IMG/VR virus record: IMGVR_UViG_3300010412_000004 | Coordinates: 15,013-79,012 of that record | Source of the DNA: a virus | Strand: one strand, 5' to 3' | DNA length: 64,000 bases | In this document: in pieces, positions 1 to 9,162 of the stretch | How the letters are laid out: each line of letters begins with the position of its first letter | How positions within the stretch are numbered: position 1 is the stretch's first letter | Notes under the pieces: model-generated | Databases searched by the model: none | Told to the model about the DNA's origin: nothing | Seen by the model: only the letters and a program-made list of their open reading frames with translations | Program-made: the position numbers and the translations under genes

Positions 1-159
1 TTTGTATTTGGGTTTAGGTGGTTCAGATTTAACTGATTCAGAGTAGGCCGTAGCTGTCTCTTTAGGAGTAGGTTCAGCGGTGTCTTGTGAAGACTCCTCT
101 ATGGCAGTTTCTTGTGGAGGACTCTCTTCTGATGAGGTTCTCCTTCTTAGTAGAACCAT
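1..159 (-). CDS. Partial ORF running off the window edge (hypothetical, acidic/Pro-rich N-terminus)
   Basis: ATG at 159 preceded by AAGGAGG; reads MVLLRRRTSSEESPPQE... with no stop before position 1. Confidence 0.55.
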   Translation of the reverse strand, partial: MVLLRRRTSSEESPPQETAIEESSQDTAEPTPKETATAYSESVKSEPPKPKYK

Positions 160-171
160 AATTTCCTCCTT

Positions 172-1242
172 TTACTTATTAAGTTGTTCAGCCTTTAGAG
201 CACAATCATCCCATACTTTACAGGTACCACAATGGGACAGTTGTTCAATATCTACTCCAAAAGTGCCTCCTCCTGGACATTCAGTATCCGACGAGGATTT
301 CTCTTTTGGTTCTTCCTTGTTTACAGGCGGCTTTCGTGGCCTTCGAGTAGGAGCCTCTTCTTTGGTATCTTCATGCCATGGAGGAGAATCCTCTTCCTTT
401 TTTGTGGGTTCTGATTTAGGAATCCTTCTCCTTTTGGTATCCACTCTATCTGAGGTAGGTTCTGGACTCTCATCTCCTGTTTCGGTTCGTGAAGGCATCC
501 TTCTACCCCAATACATTTTTTCCAGCTCTTCATAGGACAATACTTCGATGTAATCATCAAGACTAATACCTTCATCAAGCGTTTCGTCCGCAATGGTATA
601 GTCCCTATCTAAAAACTGGTGTGCTACAAATTCTGTATTGGTTTGTCCTGTCCCCTTTCTTTTGAAGTATATTTGTTTTCCTTCATCTGGATCAGCGAAA
701 AGGACAAACCCTCCTGACCTAGGTTTTTTAGCCAATTCAGCTATGTGTTTTTCCATAAAGAAGTGAGCAACGTCCCATATTTGAACTCCTTTTTCTTCCT
801 CCGCTGAACTATCATAGCATACAATTTGGTAAATACTTCTTCTCTTAGGGGAGATATCCTTTATAGAGTCATCAGAAAAGGACTCGTCCTTCCTCTTTTC
901 GTTAATGTCCTCACAGATAGGGCAGGGTTTACCATAATTTCGTGAAGGGCATACAATGGTATTCTCGTCTGGTCCTATTCCCCTATGGACCCATACGTCA
1001 AGAACATATACCAATTCACCTTTTACTACATCAGGATAGTTCTTAGTTGGATAATTATCTCCTGACAACCAGGGTATAATGTCAATGGTATGCTCTCCTT
1101 CTCCACACTTCCAAAACTTCAACCTTTTGTCGGTTGTTTTGAAGATATTGCCAAACCTTCCTGAGTCATCTTTTTTATCGTAACTCTCTTGGCTTCTCTT
1201 CAATAGGTCATCCCTTAAGGATTTTCTACTTCTAATTGACAT
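172..1242 (-). CDS. Single-stranded DNA-binding protein, T4 gp32-like
   Basis: FWK..IDIIP, VCP..YGKPCPICE Zn motif, VQIWD, FxDPxEG, acidic tail; replication context; strong RBS. Confidence 0.75.
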   Translation of the reverse strand: MSIRSRKSLRDDLLKRSQESYDKKDDSGRFGNIFKTTDKRLKFWKCGEGEHTIDIIPWLSGDNYPTKNYPDVVKGELVYVLDVWVHRGIGPDENTIVCPSRNYGKPCPICEDINEKRKDESFSDDSIKDISPKRRSIYQIVCYDSSAEEEKGVQIWDVAHFFMEKHIAELAKKPRSGGFVLFADPDEGKQIYFKRKGTGQTNTEFVAHQFLDRDYTIADETLDEGISLDDYIEVLSYEELEKMYWGRRMPSRTETGDESPEPTSDRVDTKRRRIPKSEPTKKEEDSPPWHEDTKEEAPTRRPRKPPVNKEEPKEKSSSDTECPGGGTFGVDIEQLSHCGTCKVWDDCALKAEQLNK

Positions 1243-1252
1243 GATTTCCTCC

Positions 1253-1771
1253 TTACTTTGTGGTTTTGAGTTGTCGCCTTCTCAGTCTTGGATTATTTTG
1301 TAACCCTTCTCTTGTTGCTTGTGATACTTGTTTTTCTAAAAATTCTTCCTTTTGTCTATCTGTTACATGAACATCCTCGGCATAATAATTTGCCAGAAAT
1401 AATCTGGTAAGATACTCTAGACTTGATTTCTTATGTTGGGCGGCCCATACCGCTCCTTGTAATATATTTACAGCTCTTTCGGCCTCATTTAATTGATTTA
1501 GTGAGTCTTGGTACTCAGATTGTGTTATAGCTTTACTTAGAATAGAGGCATCAGTGAGCTTTCCCATATCATATGAGTGGGGGTTTACCCTGATGTCCTC
1601 CATTATTTCAGACCGCCTAAGATCAAATTTAGCCTTCAGTTTATCCCTTTCTCTTATTGCATCTGCCAGCTTCATTGAATAATTAAAGTAGAGTCTAGGC
1701 TGCCTCATCCACTCTTCATCTAAATTATTTTTGTCTACGTCTAAATCATCATATATCATTTCAAATTCCAT
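1253..1771 (-). CDS. UvsY-like recombination mediator (coiled-coil)
   Basis: DLDVDKNNLDEEWMRQPRLY..helical pattern, adjacent to SSB. Start moved from 1858 to 1771 because the upstream 29 codons overlap a structured element. Confidence 0.6.
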   Translation of the reverse strand: MEFEMIYDDLDVDKNNLDEEWMRQPRLYFNYSMKLADAIRERDKLKAKFDLRRSEIMEDIRVNPHSYDMGKLTDASILSKAITQSEYQDSLNQLNEAERAVNILQGAVWAAQHKKSSLEYLTRLFLANYYAEDVHVTDRQKEEFLEKQVSQATREGLQNNPRLRRRQLKTTK

Positions 1772-1781
1772 TTTTAAAATC

Positions 1782-1857
1782 TGACAGGGTTCCTGGTCAC
1801 GGTCCCTCTGATGGCCCGTATCCCCGGAACGGGTAGTTCCAACAGTGAACCCTATCA
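1782..1857 (-). ncRNA. Candidate structured RNA element (unclassified)
   Basis: GC-rich 76 nt closed by an 11-bp stem TGATAGGGTTC/GAACCCTGTCA (one U-G on minus strand) plus internal CCCGT/ACGGG hairpin. Confidence 0.4.
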
Positions 1858-2064
1858 TTCCTTTTTGAGTTGAGTAAATTTGAGAAAAGATGCTCCATTA
1901 ATTTCTATTGATACATTACCATCTTCGATTTTGACCTCAAACATACATCGTGGAAAATATAATTGATGGTTTTCTTTTATCACTCGAGTTAAGGACATAG
2001 GATAGTTAAAGATCTCTACACATCCTTCTCCTACTAAATTGTATCTATTATAGGGCATCTTCAT
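1855..2064 (-). CDS. Hypothetical protein
   Basis: ATGA overlap with upstream clamp-loader gene. Confidence 0.55.
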   Translation of the reverse strand: MKMPYNRYNLVGEGCVEIFNYPMSLTRVIKENHQLYFPRCMFEVKIEDGNVSIEINGASFLKFTQLKKE

Positions 2065-2993
2065 AGTTTACATGCCAAATAAAGGTTGACAGTTACCCCA
2101 GCCAGTTTGCCATGATTGAAACTGGGATCTAAGAATAAGGTTATCATCTCAGCTATTCTATCACTTGGTTTGTTGAGCATCACAGTGGTTAGATAATTAA
2201 GTATACCAACCCTAATTTGTTCCTGCTCTGCATCTACATATTTAAGTAATTTTGCCATCTCTTTAAATTTGTCACCACCAGGAGCGATTAATAATTGACA
2301 TATATCCCTTAAGGAGGTATCTGAGATGTATCCATCTTGGACACCTTTGAGCCTATCTTCAGGTTTAAGATCAATGATTTGATCTAAGGTTCTAACCGCA
2401 CATCTACAACTTCCCTCACTCACCCTAGCTATCTCTCTTAATACTTCATCATCTATATCTGCCTTTTCTTTAGAGCATATATCTCTGAGAAGTTTAATGA
2501 TTCTAAAGCTAGGTAAGGATTTCATCTCGAAGGTATGACACCTACCTCTAATTGTGTCCAACAACTTTTGAGGATCAGTGGTGCAGAGAGCAAAGTAGAC
2601 AAATGAAGGAGGGTGCTCAAGTAAACGTAGGAGGGCGTTTTGGGCATCATTAGTTAGTTTATGACACTCATCCAATATATAGAATTTTACATTTCCTCCC
2701 ATTGGTCTGAAGTTTACTTTCTGTCCTATTTCTCTAATGGTATCTATGCCTCTCGTGTTGGCTGTATCATAAAATTTAAAATCTATTTCGGCACACCCTA
2801 ACATAGACTTTATGATTAAAGCCATTGTGGTTTTTCCTGTTCCACTTGGTCCTGTAAACAGAAGAGCATGGGGTAGACCTTTTTCTCTCTCCATAATAGC
2901 CTTTATGGATTTAACCACAGTTTCGTTGCCTATTATATCATCAAGTGTTTTAGGTCTATGTCTAACTTGTAAGCTATACTCTTCTGTAAACAT
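2061..2993 (-). CDS. Clamp loader AAA+ subunit (DnaX gamma/tau / RFC-like)
   Basis: RHRPKTLDDIIG, Walker A GPSGTGKT, Walker B ILDECH, AQNALLRLLE, TIRGRC (SRC-like). Confidence 0.9.
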   Translation of the reverse strand: MFTEEYSLQVRHRPKTLDDIIGNETVVKSIKAIMEREKGLPHALLFTGPSGTGKTTMALIIKSMLGCAEIDFKFYDTANTRGIDTIREIGQKVNFRPMGGNVKFYILDECHKLTNDAQNALLRLLEHPPSFVYFALCTTDPQKLLDTIRGRCHTFEMKSLPSFRIIKLLRDICSKEKADIDDEVLREIARVSEGSCRCAVRTLDQIIDLKPEDRLKGVQDGYISDTSLRDICQLLIAPGGDKFKEMAKLLKYVDAEQEQIRVGILNYLTTVMLNKPSDRIAEMITLFLDPSFNHGKLAGVTVNLYLACKL

Positions 2994-3083
2994 TATAAAT
3001 CCCTCAAAATTAAAGTCAATAGTGCTTCGATATTCAAACTATTTTTAAAAACTAATGTATTTGTATGCGTTAATTTTTTCCGT

Positions 3084-3536
3084 TTATATGAGCCTTCTAA
3101 TACCTAACAATCTTTCTCTATGATAAGGAGCCACGCTAACTCCATCAGATTGATTCCCACCAAGCACCCAAATTTTGTTTTCTTCTAATCCAGAAAAGAA
3201 TCCAACATGACCTGGAGCATCAAGCACCTCTGGACCTACACTACCATCCCCGCCACCTCTTTTTAGAATAACTACATCGTTTTTGGCCTCTGCTTTAATA
3301 GAGAGTATTGGTATGCCTACTGTTAACCAACTTCGAGCTCTCAGTGATTTAGATCTTGGAAGTCTAAGTAACCAAGCTATATAATTCACAAAAGCTGAGC
3401 ACCATGGCACCTCATCATGTTCTGGCCAATCACCATCAAGTTTGAGCATGGATAGAATTTGAGGATTGTCCTTCTTTCCAGGTATTTCTTGGATTCCCAT
3501 AAAACGTAATGCCAAGTCATAGGCTGTTATTTCCAT
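3084..3536 (-). CDS. TIGR02594-type NlpC/P60-like peptidoglycan hydrolase (putative endolysin)
   Basis: DEVPWCSAFVN, ARSW, GHVGF, LGGNQSD motifs. Confidence 0.8.
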   Translation of the reverse strand: MEITAYDLALRFMGIQEIPGKKDNPQILSMLKLDGDWPEHDEVPWCSAFVNYIAWLLRLPRSKSLRARSWLTVGIPILSIKAEAKNDVVILKRGGGDGSVGPEVLDAPGHVGFFSGLEENKIWVLGGNQSDGVSVAPYHRERLLGIRRLI

Positions 3537-3602
3537 TATTTAATCCTCCTTGAGAATAAGATCATCTATTTCTACCTTTATAAATTTATAGTAATTATTA
3601 AA

Positions 3603-4166
3603 TTATTTTTCAAGATAATAATACAACTGCCTTACAAGTCTACAATCATACATGGCGTCATGAAGAGCTGTTTTATCAGGAATTATTCCACAGGCTTTGA
3701 GTACCGTTTCAAGTTTGAAGTTGGGAAGGAGTGATCTTTTATCTGCTAATGCCCATGCCATAATGGACATCATATCAAGATAGGGCCACCAGAAGAAAGA
3801 GTTGAAGAAGTTGTCACCATGAGTGATCCAAAGTGTTCTACAGAAGTTGTAATCAAATTTGGCATTATATGCGATAAAGAGCATCTTGTCTTCTTTATTA
3901 AATTTGTCTACTCTCTCCTCAAGCCACGCACCAAATAATTCTTTAAGTTCTATTTGGGATAAAGGGAAATCTCTTATTTGTCTATCAGTATATGGACACA
4001 GTTTTACGGCCTCTGGATCTATTTTTGCATCTTTTGGAGGTCTGGCTTTTTCATTGAACATTCCTCTGTATTTACCATCTTCATCATAGATAGCTGATAA
4101 CTGCCAAATGTGATAATCCCTATCATTCTTTCCTGTCGTCTCTACGTCTATGAAGCAGAGTTTCAT
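3603..4166 (-). CDS. DEDDh 3'-5' exonuclease (DnaQ-like)
   Basis: IDVETTG, AYNAKFDYNF, HDAMYD motifs. Confidence 0.9.
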   Translation of the reverse strand: MKLCFIDVETTGKNDRDYHIWQLSAIYDEDGKYRGMFNEKARPPKDAKIDPEAVKLCPYTDRQIRDFPLSQIELKELFGAWLEERVDKFNKEDKMLFIAYNAKFDYNFCRTLWITHGDNFFNSFFWWPYLDMMSIMAWALADKRSLLPNFKLETVLKACGIIPDKTALHDAMYDCRLVRQLYYYLEK

Positions 4167-4329
4167 CTGATATCTCCTTTATTACCTCCAAAAGATAGTA
4201 GTGAAAATCTCCCTCAGGTCCTACCCAGAAGTAAGACATCATTCTAGGAGCCTTAAGGGAATTTAGGAATTGTATTCTTTCTCTTCCAGGTTTACCATGT
4301 CCTGGATTACCTGCTAAATATAATATCAT
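4123..4329 (-). CDS. Small protein, TGT/DpdA N-terminal-like mini-paralog A
   Basis: MILYLAG...RMMSYF pattern shared with three other small ORFs. Confidence 0.6.
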   Translation of the reverse strand: MILYLAGNPGHGKPGRERIQFLNSLKAPRMMSYFWVGPEGDFHYYLLEVIKEISDETLLHRRRDDRKE

Positions 4330-4508
4330 AAGGGTGTAGAAAGAATGCGGCGAATATGATGAGCAATATAATCAATATGGTCATCTAACCACTCTGCATA
4401 TTCTTCTATTACAGCCTTGTCGTCTTGAGTCAAAGGGATATCCTCCTCCTCACAATGACGGTAAAAATCTGCAAGGAGATCCATAAATTTTTTCATCCTT
4501 ATTCCTCC

Positions 4509-7139
4509 TTAATAATTTAAATCATAAATTTTGTTACTCTTTTTACCTACCCATTCCTCTTCTTTCCTAATTACTTCTTCCTTCAAATACCAATTTCCAT
4601 TAATAGGAGTGAACTCAAACTCCATTTCAAGTGGTACTATTATCCATTTATATTTATCCCTTATATCTTTAGTTGCTACCTGTTCTATTGTTTCACATAC
4701 CATATCTTGTTCTGGTGGGTATGTGTCCGTTATCATACTATCATGTATTTGTCCAGGTTGTCCACTCTCCCATCCCTCTTCTATGGATATTTGGTCAATC
4801 TTATTACATGACCAAAGTAGACAATGGAATGCCGTACCTTGAATAGGGGTGTTGATTATGATATTTCTGGTTAAATATCCAGACCTTCTATGACCAAAGA
4901 AAGTTTCTACATATCCTGTTTGTAGATATTCTTTAATTACCTTTTCCTGCCATCTTTTAGTATATTTATATTTGTCCCAGTAGGCTTTTTCTACTTCTTT
5001 ACAATGATCCTCAAATCTAGGATATGTACCTATATTTTTTGACATTAGGTGGTCTAACATTGGCTGACCTTCTGTTGTGGTCAGTCCTCCTTCAACTACA
5101 TTTCTCCATAGATTTTCAGCACATGCCTTGTACCAAGATCCATAGAGTTGAGGGAATGTCCAATTATTTTTTCCATAGAATCTAACCTTAGAGTCCACAA
5201 GTTTTGGTAGAAGTAGAAATAATTCACAGCATACGTCTCTGTGCATATCCGTACCTTTTTGGTAAAGATATTTTATCCACTCAGGATCTTCTGTGTAGCA
5301 CCCAGCTATTCTAACTTCCATGGAGGAATAATCACTCTCTATAAATCTAAAATCCTCCGAGGGTTTAATTCCTGACCTGCAATATTCTTTTGCTTCCTCA
5401 TCTCTCACAGGGATATTGTGGATATTAGGATCACTTGAGCTACTTCTAAAAGTTCTAGCTGTTGTAAGATTATAAAAGGGATTGATTTTGCCCTCGAACT
5501 CCTCTTGGAAGAATTGATGGAGGTAGGTGTCTCGTATTTTTTTAAGTTTTCTCCACTTTAGTATTAGATTAGTAAAGTTTGAATTTATTGCAGAAAGGGA
5601 CTCTTCATCAGTAGAGTATCCCTTTTTAGTTTCTCTGGTAGGTTTGTATTTGAGTAGGTCATATAGAAGATATTGGAGGTCTTTGCTAGAGTTATGATTT
5701 ATAGGCTTTCCTGTGGAGGTTCTAAATTTATCAGCCTCGTTAGATTTGCTAATTAAACCATCTATCAAATCCATCCTTTTGGTTATGCCCTCTTTGATAT
5801 CATTTAGATAGTTTGTGTCTACATTAAATCCTCTTAGTTGCATATGGTTAAAAGTGTGAATGGCATCATGAAATAATTCGTAGGCCTCTAATAGATGAGG
5901 ATCTTTTTGTATTGTTGCCTTTTGTCTTAGGGTGAGGCTTTTACAAAATTTGGAATCCAGTCCACAATATAACATTGTTTCGTGAGAAGGAGCATCTTGA
6001 ATTTTGTTGTATTCCTCATTTTCTGTTTTAAGGAAAGGTTCAACTTCGTCTTCATAACCTTCTATTCCAAAGTTAATATAGGTTTGAAATTTGAGTCCTT
6101 TAGTTTCCTGTCTTGAGTCAATTATGTGGGAGGCTATCATTGAGCACCAGTCCACTCCTTTAGGATCACATCCAAGTATTACCTTAGACCAGAGCATTTC
6201 AAATGCCATATTGTGGGCACTCTTTTTTATTCTGTCTTCTTCCCAAATTTCTATCAGCATTTTAGTTATTATATTAAGCTCTTCATTTTTCCAATATCCT
6301 GGTTTTTGAAAAGGGAAGGAGAAGGTATCTGTATTAGTAGATATACTAGCATAGTATATTTTATGGTCAGGTTTGAATGGTTTTTTGCCTGTGGTTTCAT
6401 AATCAATCGCAATAGAAGGTTTATGTATCAATACGTTTCTAAGACTTTCCTCAACTTCATTTAGATTAGTGAGTACTCGAACTTTTTTTTCCATATTCTC
6501 ATAATCGGGAAATTTATCTATCTTACTCCATTCTACAGCGTTATCCAAATCTCTAAGATAAGTGGTCCAGAGGTTATCATTCTTTGAGTCCCTATAAGGA
6601 GCCGAAGGGTGATACAGAGGGATTATGTATGATTTAAATTTTTGATCTGGTATATTATATCCTCTCCATCTTGTGATGTTCCTTTTTTTGAATCTATACA
6701 TAAAAAAGGATTTGGTCGCCGCACTACCCATCAACCAGATGTATTTAGGTTTAGTATCCTCAATGGCTTTTAATACCCAGGGCCTACAGAATTTTATCTC
6801 CCTCTCTAATGGGGTTCTGTTCTTAGGTGGTCTACAGTTTATGGCATTAATCTTATTACAGTCCTCATGAAGATTAATTCCTCTTTCCTCGAGCAGGCGT
6901 TCAAAAAATTGTCCTACATCCCCTACGAGCTCGTCGTTTAGGGAGTCTTCAGTGGCTCCTGGACTTTCGGCTATTATTAATATATCTCTGTAACCTTTAC
7001 CACCCACAGGTATTTTAGGACTTTTTACATTCTTATTCAAACCACATTTATTGCAATCTGGTTCTCCAGGTTTATCGTAAAGTATTTGGTCCTTGCTCCT
7101 AGGAGCTTTTTCTCTTTTGAATTTGAAGAATGTTTTCAT
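4509..7139 (-). CDS. Family A DNA polymerase with N-terminal family-4 uracil-DNA-glycosylase-like domain and 3'-5' exonuclease
   Basis: UDG: CxxC, AESPG, NCRPPKNRTP, HPSA; exo: IDYETTG, AHNMAFE, YCGLDS; pol: RSSSSDPNIHNIP, SDYSSMEVR, FPQLYG, IHDS. Confidence 0.92.
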   Translation of the reverse strand: MKTFFKFKREKAPRSKDQILYDKPGEPDCNKCGLNKNVKSPKIPVGGKGYRDILIIAESPGATEDSLNDELVGDVGQFFERLLEERGINLHEDCNKINAINCRPPKNRTPLEREIKFCRPWVLKAIEDTKPKYIWLMGSAATKSFFMYRFKKRNITRWRGYNIPDQKFKSYIIPLYHPSAPYRDSKNDNLWTTYLRDLDNAVEWSKIDKFPDYENMEKKVRVLTNLNEVEESLRNVLIHKPSIAIDYETTGKKPFKPDHKIYYASISTNTDTFSFPFQKPGYWKNEELNIITKMLIEIWEEDRIKKSAHNMAFEMLWSKVILGCDPKGVDWCSMIASHIIDSRQETKGLKFQTYINFGIEGYEDEVEPFLKTENEEYNKIQDAPSHETMLYCGLDSKFCKSLTLRQKATIQKDPHLLEAYELFHDAIHTFNHMQLRGFNVDTNYLNDIKEGITKRMDLIDGLISKSNEADKFRTSTGKPINHNSSKDLQYLLYDLLKYKPTRETKKGYSTDEESLSAINSNFTNLILKWRKLKKIRDTYLHQFFQEEFEGKINPFYNLTTARTFRSSSSDPNIHNIPVRDEEAKEYCRSGIKPSEDFRFIESDYSSMEVRIAGCYTEDPEWIKYLYQKGTDMHRDVCCELFLLLPKLVDSKVRFYGKNNWTFPQLYGSWYKACAENLWRNVVEGGLTTTEGQPMLDHLMSKNIGTYPRFEDHCKEVEKAYWDKYKYTKRWQEKVIKEYLQTGYVETFFGHRRSGYLTRNIIINTPIQGTAFHCLLWSCNKIDQISIEEGWESGQPGQIHDSMITDTYPPEQDMVCETIEQVATKDIRDKYKWIIVPLEMEFEFTPINGNWYLKEEVIRKEEEWVGKKSNKIYDLNY

Positions 7140-7399
7140 CTCACCGCGCTCAGAGTTTTAATGGATACATATTTAGGAAGAATTATCACTTTTACCTTAG
7201 GATCCTTAAGTCCTTTTTTTAATTGTTCTACTGTTTTTTTAAGATATTGTATAGGAACATCTTTTGAAAATTGGACTATAATTTTGTCCTTTGGATAGAG
7301 TTTTATTACATCTCCTAAAAGGAGAGAACCATTTAGATCTCTTACTTCGAACTCATTTACTTTTTCATCAATCATTGTCTCTTGTTCTTCTGATGTCAT
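7136..7399 (-). CDS. Hypothetical protein
   Basis: ATGA overlap with polymerase start. Confidence 0.55.
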   Translation of the reverse strand: MTSEEQETMIDEKVNEFEVRDLNGSLLLGDVIKLYPKDKIIVQFSKDVPIQYLKKTVEQLKKGLKDPKVKVIILPKYVSIKTLSAVR

Positions 7400-7556
7400 C
7401 TTCAGATATCTCCGCCCTTTTGTAATATTTAAGTGTTATTACGGCCTTTTTAGTATAAAAGAAGGCAATAAATCTGTTCTTTATTCCTTCCTTATATAGA
7501 GTTTTTTCCCTTTTGGATTGTAGTCCAGCAGGAACTCCTGCAAAATAGATTATCAT
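7368..7556 (-). CDS. Small protein, TGT/DpdA N-terminal-like mini-paralog B
   Basis: MIIYFAG...NRFIAFF. Confidence 0.6.
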   Translation of the reverse strand: MIIYFAGVPAGLQSKREKTLYKEGIKNRFIAFFYTKKAVITLKYYKRAEISEDDIRRTRDND

Positions 7557-7559
7557 AAC

Positions 7560-8582
7560 TTAAGATGGTAATGCTATAACGTGGTTAAACCCTTTTCTGG
7601 AGAATTTAGCTACATTCTCTCCAATAACCATTACCGTTGCTTTCTCTAATATTTGACTCAGAAATATTGGATTAATATCAAAGTTAAATGAACCTTTGTC
7701 CAATTTTTCCACGTCTATAATTTTATTAATCCATCCAATATCTTTCTTTGCCCTTACTCGTATTTGGTTCTTAGATACTTCAATCTTAACTTGCTTATCT
7801 ATATCATGTTTTCCATCCGTCATGAAGGTAATAGAATCAATGTTTGTTTTTAGGTCCATTGGCATTTCTACATCAATCCCTTCTACTTCTAAATATTTCT
7901 CAACTTCAGGATACTCTCCCTCCATGGTTCGTGATGAAAAGGTTACTCCGTCCTCTGTCTTGAAGTGAGCCCATCTGTCCGAAATGTGGAAGTACTTGAG
8001 GTTCTCATAGTTAGTGAGCTCTTTAATATTTCTTGCAGGAATGAGGGTGTCCATTGAGGTTTCTTTATTAAGGGTATATTTGCTAATTCTTGATTCATCA
8101 CTACTAACTAAAGAGTCTCCTTTGATTCTCACACAGGTTGCAATTCCAGAAGTCATATCAGTGGAGGCCGAAAACATACATAGGGACATACCTTCAAGGA
8201 AGTCCTTAGGCAATTCTTCCCATTTTCCTTCAAGGGATCTTAGGTTGAGAAGTTGTATCATTTCTTCTGCCTGCCCTCCAGCCATTATAGATATGCCGGC
8301 CTCCGTTTTAGAAGTTCTAATAGAGAGCTCGTCCTCCTTTTTTTCCATCGTTACTGTGGCTTCTCCTTGGATACTCATAAGAGTTTTATAGAGCTCCTCC
8401 GCCGACACACTACATTGGAAGTCTGTTTTGAGAGGATGACTGATACAGATTTCATCATTGTATGTCATTACTTCACTTCCAGTAAAGATAAAATGGGTGA
8501 ACTGCTCAATAATATCTCTTTTAGCCAATCCTGGCTTGACACTTTGAAATACCTTAACTAAGTTAGATTTTTCTGCTATCAT
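7560..8582 (-). CDS. DNA sliding clamp, beta (DnaN)-like
   Basis: 340 aa; three-domain pattern incl. SSDESRIS, FSSRTMEGEYP, FDINPIFLSQIL; clamp loader nearby. Confidence 0.75.
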   Translation of the reverse strand: MIAEKSNLVKVFQSVKPGLAKRDIIEQFTHFIFTGSEVMTYNDEICISHPLKTDFQCSVSAEELYKTLMSIQGEATVTMEKKEDELSIRTSKTEAGISIMAGGQAEEMIQLLNLRSLEGKWEELPKDFLEGMSLCMFSASTDMTSGIATCVRIKGDSLVSSDESRISKYTLNKETSMDTLIPARNIKELTNYENLKYFHISDRWAHFKTEDGVTFSSRTMEGEYPEVEKYLEVEGIDVEMPMDLKTNIDSITFMTDGKHDIDKQVKIEVSKNQIRVRAKKDIGWINKIIDVEKLDKGSFNFDINPIFLSQILEKATVMVIGENVAKFSRKGFNHVIALPS

Positions 8583-8787
8583 TCTTTCTCTCCTTCTCCT
8601 TTGAAAGGTTGAACATTACTCTGTCAAAAGGTTCTCCTGTAAGACCTTCCCAACTTTTTCTTCTAAATTGAAATCCTCCTAGGTCAAGATCAAAATAGGA
8701 AAAGAGCACATTTCTTTGTTTTCCTTCGGAGGCATTTATATGAGCTTCCCAAAGGTCAGAACCTACAGCCGCGAAATATATTATCAT
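8563..8787 (-). CDS. Small protein, TGT/DpdA N-terminal-like mini-paralog C
   Basis: MIIYFAA...NVLFSYF. Confidence 0.6.
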   Translation of the reverse strand: MIIYFAAVGSDLWEAHINASEGKQRNVLFSYFDLDLGGFQFRRKSWEGLTGEPFDRVMFNLSKEKERKNDSRKI

Positions 8788-8999
8788 GGGAGTATAATTC
8801 CGCCCTTTGTTCTTTTCATAGTATTAAAGGCCTTAACCTTTTCTCCTTTTCTCAAGGCCTTTAATACTTCATTTACTGAGTGTAATTGTCTTCCATCAGA
8901 TTGTCTTACTACTACTGCTCCGTTTTTTAAATCTCTACTTATTTTATTTATCAGATTTACTGCATCTATTGTCTCCTGGTCCGAAGGTTTTTTCATCAT
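8784..8999 (-). CDS. Hypothetical protein
   Basis: Overlapping operon ORF with AAGGAG RBS. Confidence 0.5.
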   Translation of the reverse strand: MMKKPSDQETIDAVNLINKISRDLKNGAVVVRQSDGRQLHSVNEVLKALRKGEKVKAFNTMKRTKGGIILP

Positions 9000-9162
9000 G
9001 CATCTCCTTTACCTTCAATATATTTACCGCTCCTTTATTATGAAAAAAGGACACCAGGCGGTAATATCCTGGGTAGCCTTTCTTAAATACAAATTCTTTC
9101 ATCTTCTCCTCAGCTTTAAGATTGTTCATTTGAGGGAAGTTACCTGCTTGGTAGATTATCAT
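8944..9162 (-). CDS. Small protein, TGT/DpdA N-terminal-like mini-paralog D
   Basis: MIIYQAG...RLVSFF; ATGA-coupled to the transglycosylase stop. Confidence 0.6.
   Translation of the reverse strand: MIIYQAGNFPQMNNLKAEEKMKEFVFKKGYPGYYRLVSFFHNKGAVNILKVKEMHDEKTFGPGDNRCSKSDK

Noticed and set aside
1782-1857. tRNA gene, hammerhead/twister ribozyme or preQ1 riboswitch
   Set aside because: No paired T-arm or 7-nt anticodon loop; CTGATGG lacks the CUGANGA/GAAA core; twister and preQ1 consensus elements are incomplete or on the wrong strand. Kept only as an unclassified element.
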